Of a stretch of DNA of 64,000 nucleotides, positions 1 to 11,046 are shown piece by piece (positions within the stretch are counted from its first letter, which is position 1; each line of letters begins with the position of its first letter). The notes under the pieces are model-generated. The model was not told where the DNA came from, did no database searches, and saw only the letters and a program-made list of their open reading frames with translations. Location of the stretch: positions 23,664 through 87,663 of the forward strand of contig CAVYTE010000016.1 in the NCBI GenBank assembly GCA_963771385.1, read 5' to 3'. The DNA is from an uncultured Actinomycetes bacterium (GTDB lineage: Bacteria; Actinomycetota; UBA4738; HRBIN12). Position numbers and translations under genes: made by a program.

Positions 1-1892
1 ATGGGCTCGAGGCGATCCGGCAGGCGATCGTCCGCATGCGCGACCCGAACACCCCGGCCGACGAGGTCGCCGAGCTCGCCGCCTCGACCCCCGCGTTCCT
101 GTACATCGCGGGCAACGTCCACGGGACCGAGGAGTCCGGGACCGATGCGTCGCTCCACGTGCTCCACGACCTGGCCGATCGCACCGATTGCGCGGCGATG
201 CGGATCGTGGACAACGCGATCGTGTTCATCCTGCCGACCCAGAACCCGGACGGACGCGAGGCCGAGACACGACGCAACGCCTACGCGTTCGACATGAACC
301 GCGACTGGTTCGCGCGCACCCAGCCCGAGACCGATGGCAAGGTCGAGCTCCTGCGACGCTACCCGCCGCTGCTGTTCGTCGACGCCCACGAGTTCGGCTA
401 CTACCGGTCGTTCTTCGCGCCGAACGACGACCCCGTCTACCACGACGCGCCGGAGCCGGTCCTCGGATGGATGAACGAGCTCTACGCGCCGGCGCTCGCC
501 AGGGAGTTCCGGGAGCGCGACTGGGGGTTCTTCAACTACGGGGGGTACGACTTCTTCATGCCCGGGTACGGCGACACGGTCCCGGCGAACGGGTTCATGG
601 CGGCCGCCTTCACCCTCGAGCACTACGACGGCGCGCCGATGGAGGTCCGCGAGCAGAAGACGCATCTGCAGTTCTGGCTCCTGCTCACGATCGCCGCCCG
701 GAACCGGCAGCGGCTGCTGATCGAGCAACACGATGCGTACGTGGAAGCGGTCGAGCAGGGTCGTCGAGGGATCCTGGAGCCCAACGGGCTGTCGAACCCG
801 CGCAGCGAACTGATCGCGGAGGTTCCCCACCGTCGGGTGCGGCACTACTTCGTGCTCGACGAGCCGGAACGCGCGTTCGAGGCCGCGTTCCTCGTGCGCC
901 GCCTGCAGCGGATGGACGTGCAGGTCTACCGGCTCGACGCCCCGCTCGAGGTCCCCGACTACCGGCCGTACGCGAGGTCACCGGTCGCGCGCACGCTCCC
1001 GGCGGGCACCTACTGGATCCCGATGGCCCAGGCGCAGAAACACTGGATCCAGCTGATGCTGAACGAGGACACGTACGTACCGGTGCGTCGCACGTACGAC
1101 ATCACCGGCTGGTCGAGCCCGTTGCTCATGAACCTCGACGGTGGATCCTCCGGGCGCAGGCTCTCGCCCTCCGCCTCGCTCGTCCCACCCGTCGACGACC
1201 CGACCTGGGACGGCGACGCGGTCGGCTCACCGCGGGTCGGCATCCTCCCGCTGTCGAAGGCCGTGTACGCGTTCGAGGGGCAGGGGCAGCTCCGCTGGTT
1301 GATGGACTCGGTGTGGCGTGTGCCCTACGAGGTCCTCACGCCCGACGACGTCCGCCGCGGGGCGCTGAACGGCGTCGACGTGCTCGTCGTGCCCTCGGGC
1401 GGATTCGTCGTCGGCCGGCGCAACCTCGGACCGGCCGGCGTCGAGCGACTCGTCGAGTGGGTCGGGGACGGGGGCAGGTACGTGGGCTACAAGTTCGGCG
1501 GTGCACTGCTCGCCGATCACATCGGCATCACGACCGCTCGATTCCGGCAATCACCGTACGAGGTCGAGGGCACGCTGATCCGGGTTCGCGTCGATCGCTC
1601 GAGCCCGCTTTCGGACGGGGTGGGTGGGGACGTCTGGGCGATGTTCTCCAGCGACGACACGATCCGCGTTCGACCGAGCCTCGCCCCCCTGCGGTATCCG
1701 CGGGCCGACGGGTTCGCGACCTCGGGCCTGTCGCTCCACACCCGTGGGCTGGCCGGTCAGCCCGCCGCCGTCGACGAGGCGTTCGGCGACGGGCGGGTGA
1801 TCCTGTTCCCCTTCGACATGAACTTCCGCGGGCTGACGCAGGGCACGCAGCGCATCCTGTGGAACGCGGTCTACGGTCCGGATCCCCGCTAG
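1..1892 (+). CDS. M14-family zinc carboxypeptidase (5' partial, continues upstream of the window)
   Basis: The frame is open from the window edge, with no stop upstream of Met36. It carries the zinc motif NVHGTEESG (HxxE) plus NRDW and DAHEF, all typical of peptidase M14. Stop is TAG at 1890-1892. Confidence 0.85.
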   Translation, partial: GLEAIRQAIVRMRDPNTPADEVAELAASTPAFLYIAGNVHGTEESGTDASLHVLHDLADRTDCAAMRIVDNAIVFILPTQNPDGREAETRRNAYAFDMNRDWFARTQPETDGKVELLRRYPPLLFVDAHEFGYYRSFFAPNDDPVYHDAPEPVLGWMNELYAPALAREFRERDWGFFNYGGYDFFMPGYGDTVPANGFMAAAFTLEHYDGAPMEVREQKTHLQFWLLLTIAARNRQRLLIEQHDAYVEAVEQGRRGILEPNGLSNPRSELIAEVPHRRVRHYFVLDEPERAFEAAFLVRRLQRMDVQVYRLDAPLEVPDYRPYARSPVARTLPAGTYWIPMAQAQKHWIQLMLNEDTYVPVRRTYDITGWSSPLLMNLDGGSSGRRLSPSASLVPPVDDPTWDGDAVGSPRVGILPLSKAVYAFEGQGQLRWLMDSVWRVPYEVLTPDDVRRGALNGVDVLVVPSGGFVVGRRNLGPAGVERLVEWVGDGGRYVGYKFGGALLADHIGITTARFRQSPYEVEGTLIRVRVDRSSPLSDGVGGDVWAMFSSDDTIRVRPSLAPLRYPRADGFATSGLSLHTRGLAGQPAAVDEAFGDGRVILFPFDMNFRGLTQGTQRILWNAVYGPDPR

Positions 1893-1907
1893 GCCGCACC
1901 CGTTCCG

Positions 1908-4398
1908 TCACCCCTCGAGCCGCGCCCGCACGGCGTCCTCGAGCGCCGCGACCCGCTCCGGGTCCTCGACCCGTCGTCCGAGGTCGTCCCGGACGTAGAA
2001 CGCATCCACGACGTGCTCCGCGTACGTCGCCACCTTCGCGATGTGCACGTCGACCCGCTGGTCGGCGAGCGTCCTCGTCACGTCGAACAGCAGCCCTACC
2101 CGGTCGGGCGCCCGTACCTCGATCACGGTGAAGAAGTCCGAGGCGCCGTTGTCCACCTCCACGCGGATCGGAAGCCCCGTGCGAGGAGCGGGATAGTGGC
2201 GTCGCTTCTCTCGGACCCGATGGTCGAGGGAGACGCGGCCCTCGACGGCGCGCCGGAGCGTGGTGCGGAACTCGCGCCACCGCTCCTCGCGCACCTCCGT
2301 CTCGAACGCGCCCTCGACCTCGAACAGGTCGACGGCCACACCGTCCTCGGTCGTGAACACCTGCGCGGACAGGATCGACAGCCGAGCGAGCGTCAGCGCT
2401 CCGGCGATCAGCGAGAGCAGGCCCGGCCGGTCCGCCGCCACGACCGTGATGTCGTAGGTCCCCGCCCGCGATCCCTCCGCGGACGCCGAGCGGATCTCCT
2501 GAGCTCCGATCGGTGGTTCCACCAACGGGAAGTGCCGGGTGATCCGCTCGGGCGGGACGCCGAGGAGGTAGGCCCGCGGCATCCGGCCGACGAACCGCTC
2601 GACGGCGGAGGGATCCTCCCCGCGCAGCGCGGCACGAACGGCCTCGGACCGCACGGCCAGGCGTTCCGCCGTCTCCGTCCCGGCCTCCCCCCGCTCCAAC
2701 ACGCGCTGGACCTTCGCGACGAGCTCGCGGGTCAACGTGGCGCGCCAGGGCGTCCAGGCGAGCGGTCCGGTGGCATGCGCGTCCGCGATCGTCAACAGGT
2801 ACAGGGCGGCCAGCCGGTCGGGCGTGCCGACCCGCGCGGCGATCCCGAGCACCAGATCGTCGTCCTCGAGGTCCCGGCGGGTGGCCGTGTCGGAGAGCAA
2901 CAGGTGCTCGTCGACGAGGAAGACCACGAGATCGCCGGTCCCGGCCGACAGGCGCATCGCGTCCACCGTTTCCCGCGCGATCCGAGCACCGTTCGGGACG
3001 TGGTTGCCCTCGCCGGTCTTGCCGATGTCGTGCAGCAGCGCACCGAACCGCACCGCGTCGCCATCCACCACGGCCTCGGACGCGCGGGCGGCGAGCGGGT
3101 CGTCGTCCGGGTCTTCAAGCAGACGCGAGACGTGCGCGAACGTCTCGAGCAGGTGCACGTCGACCGACGACCGGTGATACGGATCACGCTGGGGCCGGCA
3201 TCGCACCGCCGCCCACGCCGGGAGGTAGCGCGCGAGCAGGCCGAGCCGGTCGAGCGTCTCGAGCGCTCGGGTCGCCTGGGGGCCGGCCCGAAGCAGCGCG
3301 AGGAACGCGTCGCGCACGTCGTCGGTCCACTCGACCTCGGGGGGCACGACCGCGGCGTCGATCGCGTCCAGCCAGAGCGCGGGCATCACGCCGCCGTGCC
3401 CGGCGACGGTCGTGAACGTCCGGAGGATCCCGGCGGCCGAGGGGTCGACGGGTGGAACGTCGGTGCTGTCACCGAGGGCTCGATCGAACACCACCGACCC
3501 GACGTGCTCGAGCTGACGCGCGTGCTCGAACACCGACCGCATCGAGCCCGTCCACCGCGATGAGTCCGGGCTCGTCCTCGAAGCCCATCGCCGAGGCGAT
3601 CGCCGGCTGGTGCTCGAGCAGCAACCGCTGCGTCGGGCGGCCGGTCTCCAGATGCAGGGCGCTGCGCACACGGATCAAGAACTCCTCCGCATCCGCCACG
3701 GCCCGCCGTTCGGCCGTGCGGAGCAGTCCGGCGTCCTCCAGCCGTTCGCCGAAGGCGGCCTCGAGCCACCCGAGCGCCTGCGCGTCGCGCAGCCCGCCGG
3801 CACCGTCCTTCAGGTCGGGCTCGAGCAGCGAGGAGACGGGGCCGTGGCGTTCGAGCCGCGCGAGTGCGTCCGCGCGGAGCCAGGTGGCGAACGCCCGCGC
3901 GTCGGACCGGACGTCGGACACGACGGGCTCCAGCGCCTCGTCCCAGACCGGCGTCGACCCAGCCAGGACACGGCCGTCGAGCATCGCCGTCGTCGCGTCG
4001 AGGTGCTCGGTCGCGACCGACCGGCACTCCTCGGGCGTTCGGAGCGCATGGCTCACGCGAAGCCCGGCGTCCCACAACGGGTACAGGAGCCGTTCGACGA
4101 GCGCCACCATCCGGTCGGGCGCCGGGCCGTCGTGGACGAGCAGCAGATCGATATCCGAGCCGGGCGACAACATCGCGCGTCCGTATCCGCCGAGCGCGAC
4201 GAGCGCGACGCCCCCGGGGGGCCGCGCGTCCCCGAACAGCTCCCGCAGGCATACGTCCACCAGCTCCGCGCGGCGCGCGCCCGACCAGCGACCGTGATGG
4301 CCGAGCGAATACGCGCGGTCGAGCGCTCCGAGCTCGTCGAGGAGCCGCGCCACCGGCGCCGGACGCTCGGCGCTCGGCACGGCCGTGGGCTCGGCCAT
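1908..4398 (-). pseudogene. glnD: [Protein-PII] uridylyltransferase GlnD, one frameshift near 3543-3550
   Basis: The N-terminal nucleotidyltransferase part (MAEPTAV...GGYGRAMLSPGSDIDLLLV) lies in the frame that ends at 3469. The HD domain and two ACT domains lie in ORF 1908..3671. The two frames differ by 1 nt, and the junction reads ...GLIAVDG|SMRSVFEHARQ. The ATG at 4398 lies 2 nt after the PII stop. Confidence 0.85.
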
Positions 4399-4400
4399 CG

Positions 4401-4805
<405 letters not shown>

Positions 4806-4808
<3 letters not shown>

Positions 4809-5706
4809 CCCCGCGGCGGCCTTCTTCCGCGGAGCCGCCGCCTTCTTGGCCGCCGCCGGCTTCTTCGAGGGCGCCTTGCGCGCCGAGGGCTTGCGCGCGC
4901 TCGACCGCTTCGCCCCGGAGGACGAGGGGGTCTTCGACTTGGCGGCCGCCACCGACGCCTTGAGCGCCTCCATCAGGTCGACCACCCTCGCGGGCGCCTC
5001 CTCCGCCGGCGCCTCGATCGGCTCGCCGGCGAGCTTCTTCTCGACGATCTCCAGCAGCGCCTCGCGGTACGCGTCCGTGTAGGCCTCCGGTTGCCATGGC
5101 TCGGTCAGGCTGTCGATCAGGGAACGCGCCATGTCGACCTCGTTCTCGCGCACCTTCTCGTCGGAGCCGAGCGTGTCGAAGTCCGCCGCGCGTACCTCGT
5201 CCGGCCAGTACATCGTCTCGAGCACGAAGACGTCGTCCTTGAACCGCAGGGCCGCCAGGTGCTCCTTGTCGCGGAAGCTCACCTTGGCGATGCCGACCTT
5301 GGCCTGCTCCGAGAGCGCCTTGCGAAGCAGCGCGTAGGCCTTGGCGCCCGTCTCCTCGGGGATCAGGTAGTACGACTTCTTGAACAGGATCGGGTCGATC
5401 TCCTCGAGCTCCACGAACTGCTGGATGTCGATCGCGCGGCTCGACGGGATCGGGACCGCGTCGAGGTCGTCCTCCGTGATGGATGACGTAGCGGTCCTTC
5501 TCGACCTCGTAGCCCTTCACGATCTGGTCGTACTCCACCTCGTCGCCGTCGACCGAGCACACGCGCTTGTAGCGGATCCGGCCCATGTCCTGCTCGTGGA
5601 GCTGGTTGAACTTCAGGCTCTTCTCCTCGGTCGCCGGGTACACGGCGACCGGGATCGTGACGAGGCCGAACGAGATGGCCCCCTTCCACATCGCCCTGGG
5701 TGGCAT
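4806..5706 (-). pseudogene. ku: Ku (NHEJ DNA end-binding protein), one +1 frameshift near 5481-5487
   Basis: The N-terminal part MPPRAMWKGAISFGLVTIPVAVYPATEE...KDRYVI lies in one frame. The rest, TEDDLDAVPIPSSRAIDIQQFVELEEIDPILFKKSYYLIPE... with a Lys/Ala-rich tail, lies in ORF 4806..5414. The span is 901 nt (3n+1). A GGGAGGAG RBS lies upstream of the ATG at 5706. Confidence 0.85.
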
Positions 5707-5941
5707 GTCGTCTCCTCCCGTGTGATCGGTCCCGGTCTGCGAGGGGGACCTGGGGAACAGCGATTCTAATCCTCGAGGCCGACATCCCTCCGATCGTCCC
5801 CGGCGCGGGACGCGCACCGAGCCGAGCCTGACGGCTACGCTGGCCGGATGCCGGCGAGGAAGAAGGGCTCCGGAGGCCGCCCGTTCACCGTCGGGTTCCC
5901 GAACGCGTTGCCGGCCGAGCGACGACGGCGACGCCTGGTGG

Positions 5942-8405
5942 ATGGAGGCCGACGGGCGCGAACTGCGCCTGTCGAACCTCGACAAGGTCTTCTGGCCCGA
6001 GGAGGGCTACACGAAGGGCGACCTGCTCGGCTACTACTTCAACGTCGCCGAGCTGATCCTGCCGCACCTGCGCGAACGCCCGCTCACGATGAAGCGGATG
6101 CCGGACGGCATCACGGGTCCGTACTTCTACGAGAAGACCGCGCCCTCGCACACGCCGGACTGGGTCGCTCGCTGCCACGTCGAGAGCGCCGAGAGGCGAA
6201 GAACGGCGTCATCGACTTCCTGACGGTCGAACGACGTCTGCCGACGCTGCTGTACGTGGCGAACCTCGGCTGCGATCGAGATGCACCCGTTGCACTCGCG
6301 CTGCGGCTCGATCGAGCACCCCGACTACCTGTTCTTCGACCTCGACCCGATGGGCGCGAGCTTCGAGGACGTGCTCGTCGGTCGCGCTCCACGTGCACGG
6401 CGGCGCTGCGACCGCTCGAGCTCGCGAGCTACCCGAAGACCTCCGGCGCGACCGGGGTCCAGATCTACGTCGCGATCGAACCCGGCTGCGTACCTACGAC
6501 GAGGTGCGGGAGCTTCGTCGGCACGATCGGGCGGCTGATCGAAGGCGCCGACCGCGACCGGGTCACGATGGAGTGGCAGATCGGCAAGCGCACGCGGCAA
6601 GGTGTTCATCGACCACAACATGAACCGGCGCGGAGCGAACATCGCCGCCGTCTACTCGCTCCGGCCGGAGCCGGGCGCCACGGTCTCGACGCCGCTCACC
6701 TGGGAGGAGGTCGAGGCCGGCGGTGCGCGCCGCAGGACTTCCGCATCGCCAACGTGTGGGACCGCTTCGCGGAAGCTCGGCGACCTGTTCGACGGCGTGC
6801 TGCACCGAGCCCGCAGGACCTCGCGCCGGCGCTCGAGGCCGTCGGGCATCGCGCGATCGCCAGGGCCGATCCCGCCGATGTCCACGCCCGCGACGCCGGA
6901 CGACGACCTCCGAGCGAACGTGATCGCCGCCGTCGAAGGACCCCCAAGCTCGGCCGAGTACCTGCGCAAGCGCGCACTTCGGACCGAGCGGACCCCCGAG
7001 CCGGCGCCGGGCGCCGCGGCCGGCGCGGGGAACTCGTTCGTCGATCCAGAAGCACGGGCGACCCGGCTGCACTACGACGTCCGGCTCGAGCGGGACGGAG
7101 CGCTGGCCTCGTGGGCGGTCCCGCAAGGGGCTCCCGACGCAGCCCGGGGACAAGCGGCTGGCGGTCCACACCGAGGACCACCCGCTCGAGTACGGCTAGC
7201 TTCGAGGGCTCGATCCCGGAGGGCCACTACGGCGCCGGCGAGGTCCGCATCTTCGACGAGGGCTGGTACGAGCCGCTCGAGTGGACCGAGAAGAAGGTCA
7301 CTTCCGGCTGCACGGCCGCCGGTACCCCGGCCTCGAGTACCACTTCGTGAAGACACGGACCGACTGGCTCGTGTTCCTCGCTTCCCGCCGGCCGGCGCCG
7401 ATGCTCGCCTCGCCGCCCGCGATGCAGCCGATGCTCGCCGAGGGCGGGTCGCAGGCGTTCGACGACCCCGCGTGGTGGTTCGAACCGAAGTTCGACGGGA
7501 TCCGGGCCGTGCACGACGATGGCGACCGACTCGACGCGCCTGGTCACCCGCAACGGCCGCGACGTCCGGGCAAGTACCCGGAGCTGGCGATGGTCCACGA
7601 GCTCGTGAACCAGGTGAACGCGGTGCTCGACGCCGAGATCGTCGCCTTCGACGGCGACGGGACGAACTCGTTCGAGGCGCTCCAGCAGCGGATGAACCTG
7701 GCGAACGAGCGCGAGATCAAGCGGATCGCCGCAGAAGATCCCGGTCGCCCTCGTCGCGTTCGACCTGCTGTGGCTGGACGGGCGCGACCTGACCGGGCAG
7801 CCCTGCAGGAGCGGCGCGAGCTGCTCGAGGAGATCGTCGAGCAGGACCACCGCCTGCAGCGTGGTCACGCACGTCGAGGCGGACGGCACGCGATTCGTCG
7901 AATCGCGCAGCGACCTGGGGCTCGAGGGCGTCGTCGCGAAGCGGCTCGGCTCGAAGTACCAGCCCGGCCGGAGATCGCCGGACTGGCGCAAGATCAAGCT
8001 CACGAACACGCAGGACTGCGTGATCCTCGGGTGGACGCCCGGCCAGGGCGGGCGCGCGGGGACGTTCGGGGCGTTGCTCGTCGGGGCCTACGACGACGGC
8101 GGAACTGCATGTGGATCGGTCAGGTCGGCACGGGGTTCACCGCAGCAGACGCTCGAGCGTCTGATGGAGGCGCTCGAGCCGCTCGTCCGCACACGCCCGC
8201 CGATCGACGACCCCGAGCTCGCGAAGGTGAAGGGCGCGACGTTCGTCGAACCCGTGCTCGTGTGCGAGGTGGAGTACCTCGAGATCACGAAGAGCCGAAG
8301 AAGATGCGCGCGCCGTCGTTCAAGGGCATGCGCGACGACAAGGCGCCCGAGGACTGCATCCTCGAGCGGCCCCGCGCCATGGCCGGCCGCGGGGCGAAGC
8401 GCTAG
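5942..8405 (+). pseudogene. ligD: Three-domain ATP-dependent DNA ligase LigD (Pol - phosphoesterase - ligase), about 20 or more frameshifts
   Basis: Conserved LigD segments can be read only by hopping between all three frames. Pol domain: RLSNLDKVFWPEEGYTKGDL...YPKTSGATGVQIYV...KVFIDHNMNRRGANIAAVYSLRP. PE domain: FV|IQKH|..RLHYDVRLE, SWAVPQG, DKRLAVHTEDHPLEYG, FEGSIPEGHYGAGEV. Ligase domain: WWFEPKFDGIRAV, VLDAEIVAFD, EGVVAKRLGSKYQPGRRSPDWRKIK, WIGQVGTGFT. The start codon is uncertain and could be as early as 5848. Confidence 0.8.
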
Positions 8406-8427
8406 CGACGCGCCGGGCGGACGCCGG

Positions 8428-8955
8428 TCAGAACGGCTCGAACCCGGCGCGCACGAGCATGGCTCGAACCTCGCGCTCGTCGATGCCGCGATCCACGAGC
8501 TCCTTGTAGATCCGCACCGCGCCGAGCGAACGGCCGCAGCGCGGGCAGTACTGGAAGTGGTCCTCGACCGGCGTCTCGCACCATGGGCATCGTGTGAGCT
8601 GGACGCGGTTGTCGGGCTCGAGCCCCGTGTCGGCCAGCGCGTCGATGTACCCCTTGCCGTAGTCCCACTGGATGTACTCGTCCTCCCGGACCTCGAACGC
8701 GGGCTCGTGCATCCTGGGCTCCCCGGTCTGCAGCATGTGCTCGAGGTTCTCCTGGAGCAGCTCCCACTCGTAGAAGTGATTCTCCCCGCAGTCCTGACAG
8801 GCGATCACGACGCCCTTCACGCCCTGGCCCTGGAACGTGCGCCGCATCCCCGCGAGGTCCAGGAGGTCCGCCCGGACGTTGTCCTCCTCGCCGGGCTCGA
8901 GCCCGAAGGTCTCGCGCTCGTCGTCGCCCTGGGGCTCTTCCCGCGGCTCTTCCAT
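8428..8955 (-). CDS. Conserved hypothetical protein: DUF5319-like core plus C-terminal zinc ribbon
   Basis: An intact 175-aa ORF with an acidic N-terminus. The core IACQDCGENHFYEWELL...HEPAFEVREDEYIQWDYGKGY resembles, from memory, the actinobacterial Rv3412/DUF5319 family. A CPWC...CPRC pair sits at the C-terminus. Confidence 0.6.
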   Translation of the reverse strand: MEEPREEPQGDDERETFGLEPGEEDNVRADLLDLAGMRRTFQGQGVKGVVIACQDCGENHFYEWELLQENLEHMLQTGEPRMHEPAFEVREDEYIQWDYGKGYIDALADTGLEPDNRVQLTRCPWCETPVEDHFQYCPRCGRSLGAVRIYKELVDRGIDEREVRAMLVRAGFEPF

Positions 8956-9659
8956 CAGTCCTGGTCCTCGTCACGCAGATCGAATGCCTTGAACCCCTCG
9001 GCGAGCGCCACCCCGCCGAGCTCGCCGAGCTCGGCGGCGCGCTTACGGACCCATCCCTCGGCGTCCTCGACGCCCTGCGAGACGTGGCACGCGAGCGCCT
9101 GGAGCTTCGTCTCGATCGTGTCCGAGATGTCCACGAACGTGTCCGGCTCCTCGGAGCCGAGCCACAGGTGCGGAACCTCGAACGGCTCCAGCCTCTCCTC
9201 GAGCAGCTCGGGGAACTGCGGTCGACTCGGCGCATCCGGCATCACGGCGCAGAGCGCCAGGGTTCCCGCCTGCTTGTGGTCCCAGTGGTTGATGTAGCTG
9301 TTGCGGAACCACAGGGCCGCGGGGTCCTGCGCGACGATGACCTCCGGGCGGGCCCGGCGCACGACCCGCGTGACGGCTCGCCGGGTCTCGAGGTTCACCT
9401 CGAGCTCGCCGTCCGTGAACCCGAGGAAGGACACCGACTTCACCCCGAGCACCTCGGCCGCTGCCCGCTGCTCGGCCTCCCGGATGGGAACGAGCCCCTC
9501 GCGCGTGACCCCCGGCTCGTTCGAGCCGGCCGAGCCATCGGTCACGACGCAGTAGTGGACCTCGGTCCCCTCCTTCGCCCACGCGGCGATCGTGCCGCCG
9601 CACAGGAACTCGCCGTCGTCGGGATGGGCGAAGATCACGAGCGCGCGTGCGAACACCAC
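8955..9659 (-). CDS. PIG-L family deacetylase (LmbE/MshB-like)
   Basis: 234 aa with the motif VIFAHPDDGEFLCGGT, a later HxDH segment, and a typical LmbE fold signature. Its stop overlaps the start of the downstream gene by 1 nt. Confidence 0.85.
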   Translation of the reverse strand: MVFARALVIFAHPDDGEFLCGGTIAAWAKEGTEVHYCVVTDGSAGSNEPGVTREGLVPIREAEQRAAAEVLGVKSVSFLGFTDGELEVNLETRRAVTRVVRRARPEVIVAQDPAALWFRNSYINHWDHKQAGTLALCAVMPDAPSRPQFPELLEERLEPFEVPHLWLGSEEPDTFVDISDTIETKLQALACHVSQGVEDAEGWVRKRAAELGELGGVALAEGFKAFDLRDEDQD

Positions 9660-9669
9660 GAACCGAAGC

Positions 9670-11046
9670 CTACCGCGCGCCTCCGTCGGCGCCGCCGGCC
9701 TCGGCCGCGGCGCGGCGGCGCTCCGCGCGCATCGGCATCCCGCCGCGGGGACGCAGCGAGATCACCGGCTGGAGCTCCGGCTCGAACCCGCTCCGCAGGC
9801 GCAGGCACCACCGCCGCGCGATCGTCGCGAGCAGCAGGACGCCCTCGAGGCGCGCGAACGGCTCGCCGATGCACATGCGCGGGCCGGCGCCGAACGGCGC
9901 GAACGCCGCCCGAGGACGTTCGGGAGCGTCGTCGAGCCACCGCTCGGGCCGGAAGGCGTCGGGGTCGGGCCACCACCTCGGGTCGTGGTGGAGCAGCCAC
10001 GGCGAGACGACGACCGTGGAACCCGCGGGCAGGAGGTACTCCCTCGCGCGGTGCTCGGTCACGACCGTCCGGCCGATCGCCCACGCCGGCGGGCGCAGCC
10101 GCATCGACTCGGACAGCACCGCCCGGGTGTACGCGAGCTTCGGAAGATCATCGGCCGTCGGAAGGGACCCGTCGAGCTCCCGGTCGAGTTCCGCGTGCAG
10201 TCGCGCCTCCGCGTCCGGATGCCCCGAGAGGAGCCACCACGTCCATGTGAGCGCGTTCGCCGTGGTCTCGTGGCCGGCGAGGAACAGCGTGAGCGCCTCG
10301 TCGCGCACCTGCCGGTCGGTCATCCCGTCCCCGCCCTCGCCCGCCCGCAGCAGGAGCGAGAGCAGATCGTCTCCGGCGACGTCGTTCGCGCGTCGCTCGG
10401 CGATCATGCCGGCGATCACGTCGTCCAGGTCGGCCTCGAGCCGGTGGAAACGGCGCATCGTCGGCGACGGCAGACGGACGAGCAACCGGAACAGCGGGGA
10501 GTACGCGCGGCCGAACATGCCGAGGCTGTCCGTGAGGGCCCGCCGGACGGTCGCGCTCCGATCCTCGTCGACGTCGGTCCCGAACAGCGTCTCCCCGACG
10601 ATCGCGAGCGTGAGCGCGCCCATCTCCGCATGCACGGCGAGCTCGGCGCCCTCGCTCCACCGCTCGCTCGTGCGCTCGGCGACCCGGGCCATCGTCTCGC
10701 CGTAGGCGGCGATCCGCTCGTGGTGGAACATCGGCTGGATCAGCCGGCGCTGCCGGCGGTGGTGCTCGCCCTCGCTCGTCAGCAGTGACTCGCGGAGCAG
10801 GATCTTCGCGGCCTGGATCGTCGGGCCCTTGCGGAACGATCGATGGTCGGTGACCAGCACGTCGCGGACCAGGTCCGGGTGGTTCAGCAGATAGGCATCC
10901 CGTCGAGGGACACGGAGGTGCACGACGTCGCCGTAGCTCGCGAGGCGCTCGAGCAGTCCGAGCGGATCGCGACGGAACGCGCGGACGGACGCGAACGGTG
11001 ACAGGTTCGGACCCGGTGGACGCGGATCCGCCGCAGCCGCCACCAC
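9670..11046 (-). CDS. Cytochrome P450
   Basis: 458 aa with the heme-binding loop FAPFGAGPRMCIGEPFA, an ExxR motif, and an I-helix-like LAGHETT. Confidence 0.9.
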   Translation of the reverse strand: MVAAAADPRPPGPNLSPFASVRAFRRDPLGLLERLASYGDVVHLRVPRRDAYLLNHPDLVRDVLVTDHRSFRKGPTIQAAKILLRESLLTSEGEHHRRQRRLIQPMFHHERIAAYGETMARVAERTSERWSEGAELAVHAEMGALTLAIVGETLFGTDVDEDRSATVRRALTDSLGMFGRAYSPLFRLLVRLPSPTMRRFHRLEADLDDVIAGMIAERRANDVAGDDLLSLLLRAGEGGDGMTDRQVRDEALTLFLAGHETTANALTWTWWLLSGHPDAEARLHAELDRELDGSLPTADDLPKLAYTRAVLSESMRLRPPAWAIGRTVVTEHRAREYLLPAGSTVVVSPWLLHHDPRWWPDPDAFRPERWLDDAPERPRAAFAPFGAGPRMCIGEPFARLEGVLLLATIARRWCLRLRSGFEPELQPVISLRPRGGMPMRAERRRAAAEAGGADGGAR

